From Antedon mediterranea (taxonomy: Eukaryota > Animalia > Echinodermata), in assembly GCF_964355755.1 (NCBI RefSeq), contig NC_092673.1, positions 8,804,001 through 8,868,000 of the forward strand: a stretch of DNA of 64,000 bases. Direction: 5' to 3'. The translations under genes and the position numbers were made by a program. Every line of letters starts with the position of its first letter. Within the stretch, counting starts at the first letter, position 1. The notes beneath the pieces are model-generated. The model did not search any database. It saw nothing but the letters and a program-made list of their open reading frames with translations, and was not told where the DNA came from. Of this stretch, positions 62,054 through 64,000 are shown piece by piece.

Positions 62054-63627
62054 ATGTTCAAGATGAACATTGTGATTTTATTGATTGACATTTTATTTAT
62101 TTTTGTAATAATACCTGTACATTTTGTATCTGGAGAAGTGACTGATGATGAAATACGATGCTTAACTAAGCTACTTACTGATTTTACCCCTTTTATAAAC
62201 GATCATCTTCAAGACTATCTATATGACTACGCTGACACCGATTCGGAACGAATATCAGTTCTTGCGGTATTGCCATTGGAAGACACTCCTTTCTGGTGTA
62301 ATAATACTTACCTGGAAAGAACATTTAGATCTTCTACAAATGAATTAGGGTTTGTAGTTCCTGATGAGTTGAATTATGCGGTACCAAGTTTAGCTTCAGA
62401 CGTTTTTAATTACATATCAGCTATTCCTTATGTCGAGAATGACATCGTTCAATCGGATCTAAAACTGCTTTTGAAGTTTCCAGAGAGGATCCAGGCAATG
62501 GTAGATTGGCATCATTTAGATGAAATAAACGTAACAGCACATGTATTTTTCTTATACACCTGGAAATATCCATGTAGTAGTTGCACCGATATGATTTTGG
62601 ACGTTCTTAATATTGAAAGGTACCAAACAGCTCCTCTCATAATATCATTCACCGACTGGGGACATGAAGACCCGGATATAAATACCATGGAAAGTGAGAA
62701 TACGTTTAATGTAGCTGCCATCCAAAGACCCTCATTTGCACCAATTATCCGTTTTAGATACGAGTACAAAACAGATGCAAGTTATTATTTTGATTTATTT
62801 CACAATGTGATATTCGATAAATTCTACCGTACGGGTGTGCCTCGTCAGCAAGGTGAGCAAATTCGATTTGCCGTCCTCATGATCTTGCCATTACATGATA
62901 AAGACATGTGGTTAACTCCAGACTACGCTGAAAATGTGCTGCGGCCCCTTACGGCAAGAGGTCGCGTGTTGACACCTGTGTTAAACGAACTCATTGCTCC
63001 TTCACAAATTAGTGAAAGCGATAACTTTATTGTTGCCCGTGGTGAAGCTGCTCAGTCATATGCACTTCGTGGTGAAAATACAGACGGAAATAACATAGCG
63101 TTACTTCTTAATAACCATGAACGCATACATGGATTGGAGACACCAACTGTTATTGCTCTTTATTCGTGGACTTGTTTCCATGATAATGTCATTTTACAAG
63201 AATCAGCAACAATACTTGAACTGTATGTACGACAACCAGACATATACAGGGTAATTTATGGTTGCTCATCAGAAATTTCTGACGATGATTTTGAAACAAC
63301 GCAATCAACGCTTGGTGATATTGATGTAAAAGCGTTTCTTGTACGGGAAAAGTTTCCTCAAGACGTTATTCAACCTGTAAACGAACCGCCGTTTGAAGAT
63401 CATGAATCCGCCGCTGATATGCGCCCGTTACCACCAGGGGGAGATCAAAGAATATGTCGGGTTAGAAGAGCACTTGATGAAAATCTTCAGTACAGCTCTT
63501 TTCAGAATTGTGCGTTCCAGTGTTTGGTGAATGAATACGAGTGCGGCAGATTCTGTTGCTGCTGTAAAAGTAACTTTATTACGGAAACCACGTCGTATTT
63601 AGTTAACAATATCGTATCTGATTGCAG
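62054..63627 (+). CDS. Secreted tandem AID/APOBEC(SNAD)-like deaminase-fold protein, paralog 2 (first coding exon; gene probably continues beyond the window)
   Basis: Signal peptide MFKMNIVILLIDILFIFVIIPVHFVSG; collinear with paralog 1; QSDLKLL (62450), LYTWKYPCSSC, RVRR, CCCC; ends at the same AG|GTAAGT donor. Confidence 0.8.
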
Positions 63628-64000
63628 GTAAGTTATCTACACAACAGTCACCATTGAATGGCAATCACACAATTTGCACCCTGTTTTCTACATTCAACAT
63701 CTTCAAACAAAAACCGTGAAATGTGCAAAAAGTCACATTTGTGCAAACATGATACCCATAAATGTGGAAATCTGTAAGAAAACAATCCATAAAATTCAAT
63801 GACACAAATAGTATGTGTAACATATTTATATGAGCTTTAGTTTTATCAAATACTAAAAATACATTGCGATGTTCGACATTTTCTGCATCTCCGGATATCA
63901 TTGTGGTTTTTTGTTGTAACAAAACGGATAATTTCAGCCTGTATTACTATTTAAATACGTAATTGGCTATATTGAAAACATTATGTTAGAAAAAACCGTG

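Overview
AT-rich, repeat-dense, intron-containing animal DNA. A marine invertebrate origin (possibly an echinoderm) is inferred from the transposon spectrum and is not proven. The left third holds a complete 12-exon ZGPAT gene (3421-24292, 503 aa by my splice reconstruction, one GC-AG intron), with introns filled by MITEs, Helentron-like elements and LINE fragments. The right half holds a putative lineage-specific defence cluster. (1) A Roc-COR (ROCO) GTPase gene (37794-40697) has its G domain split between switch I and switch II by a ~290-aa multi-pass membrane region. (2) Two tandem paralogs (45507-47053 and 62054-63627) encode secreted proteins with two AID/APOBEC/SNAD-like deaminase-fold repeats, QSD in place of the catalytic HxE, a furin site and a Cys-rich domain. 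Both paralog ORFs end at an identical splice donor. About 12 kb of nested LINEs separates them. Family assignments come from motif recognition by eye, with no database searches.
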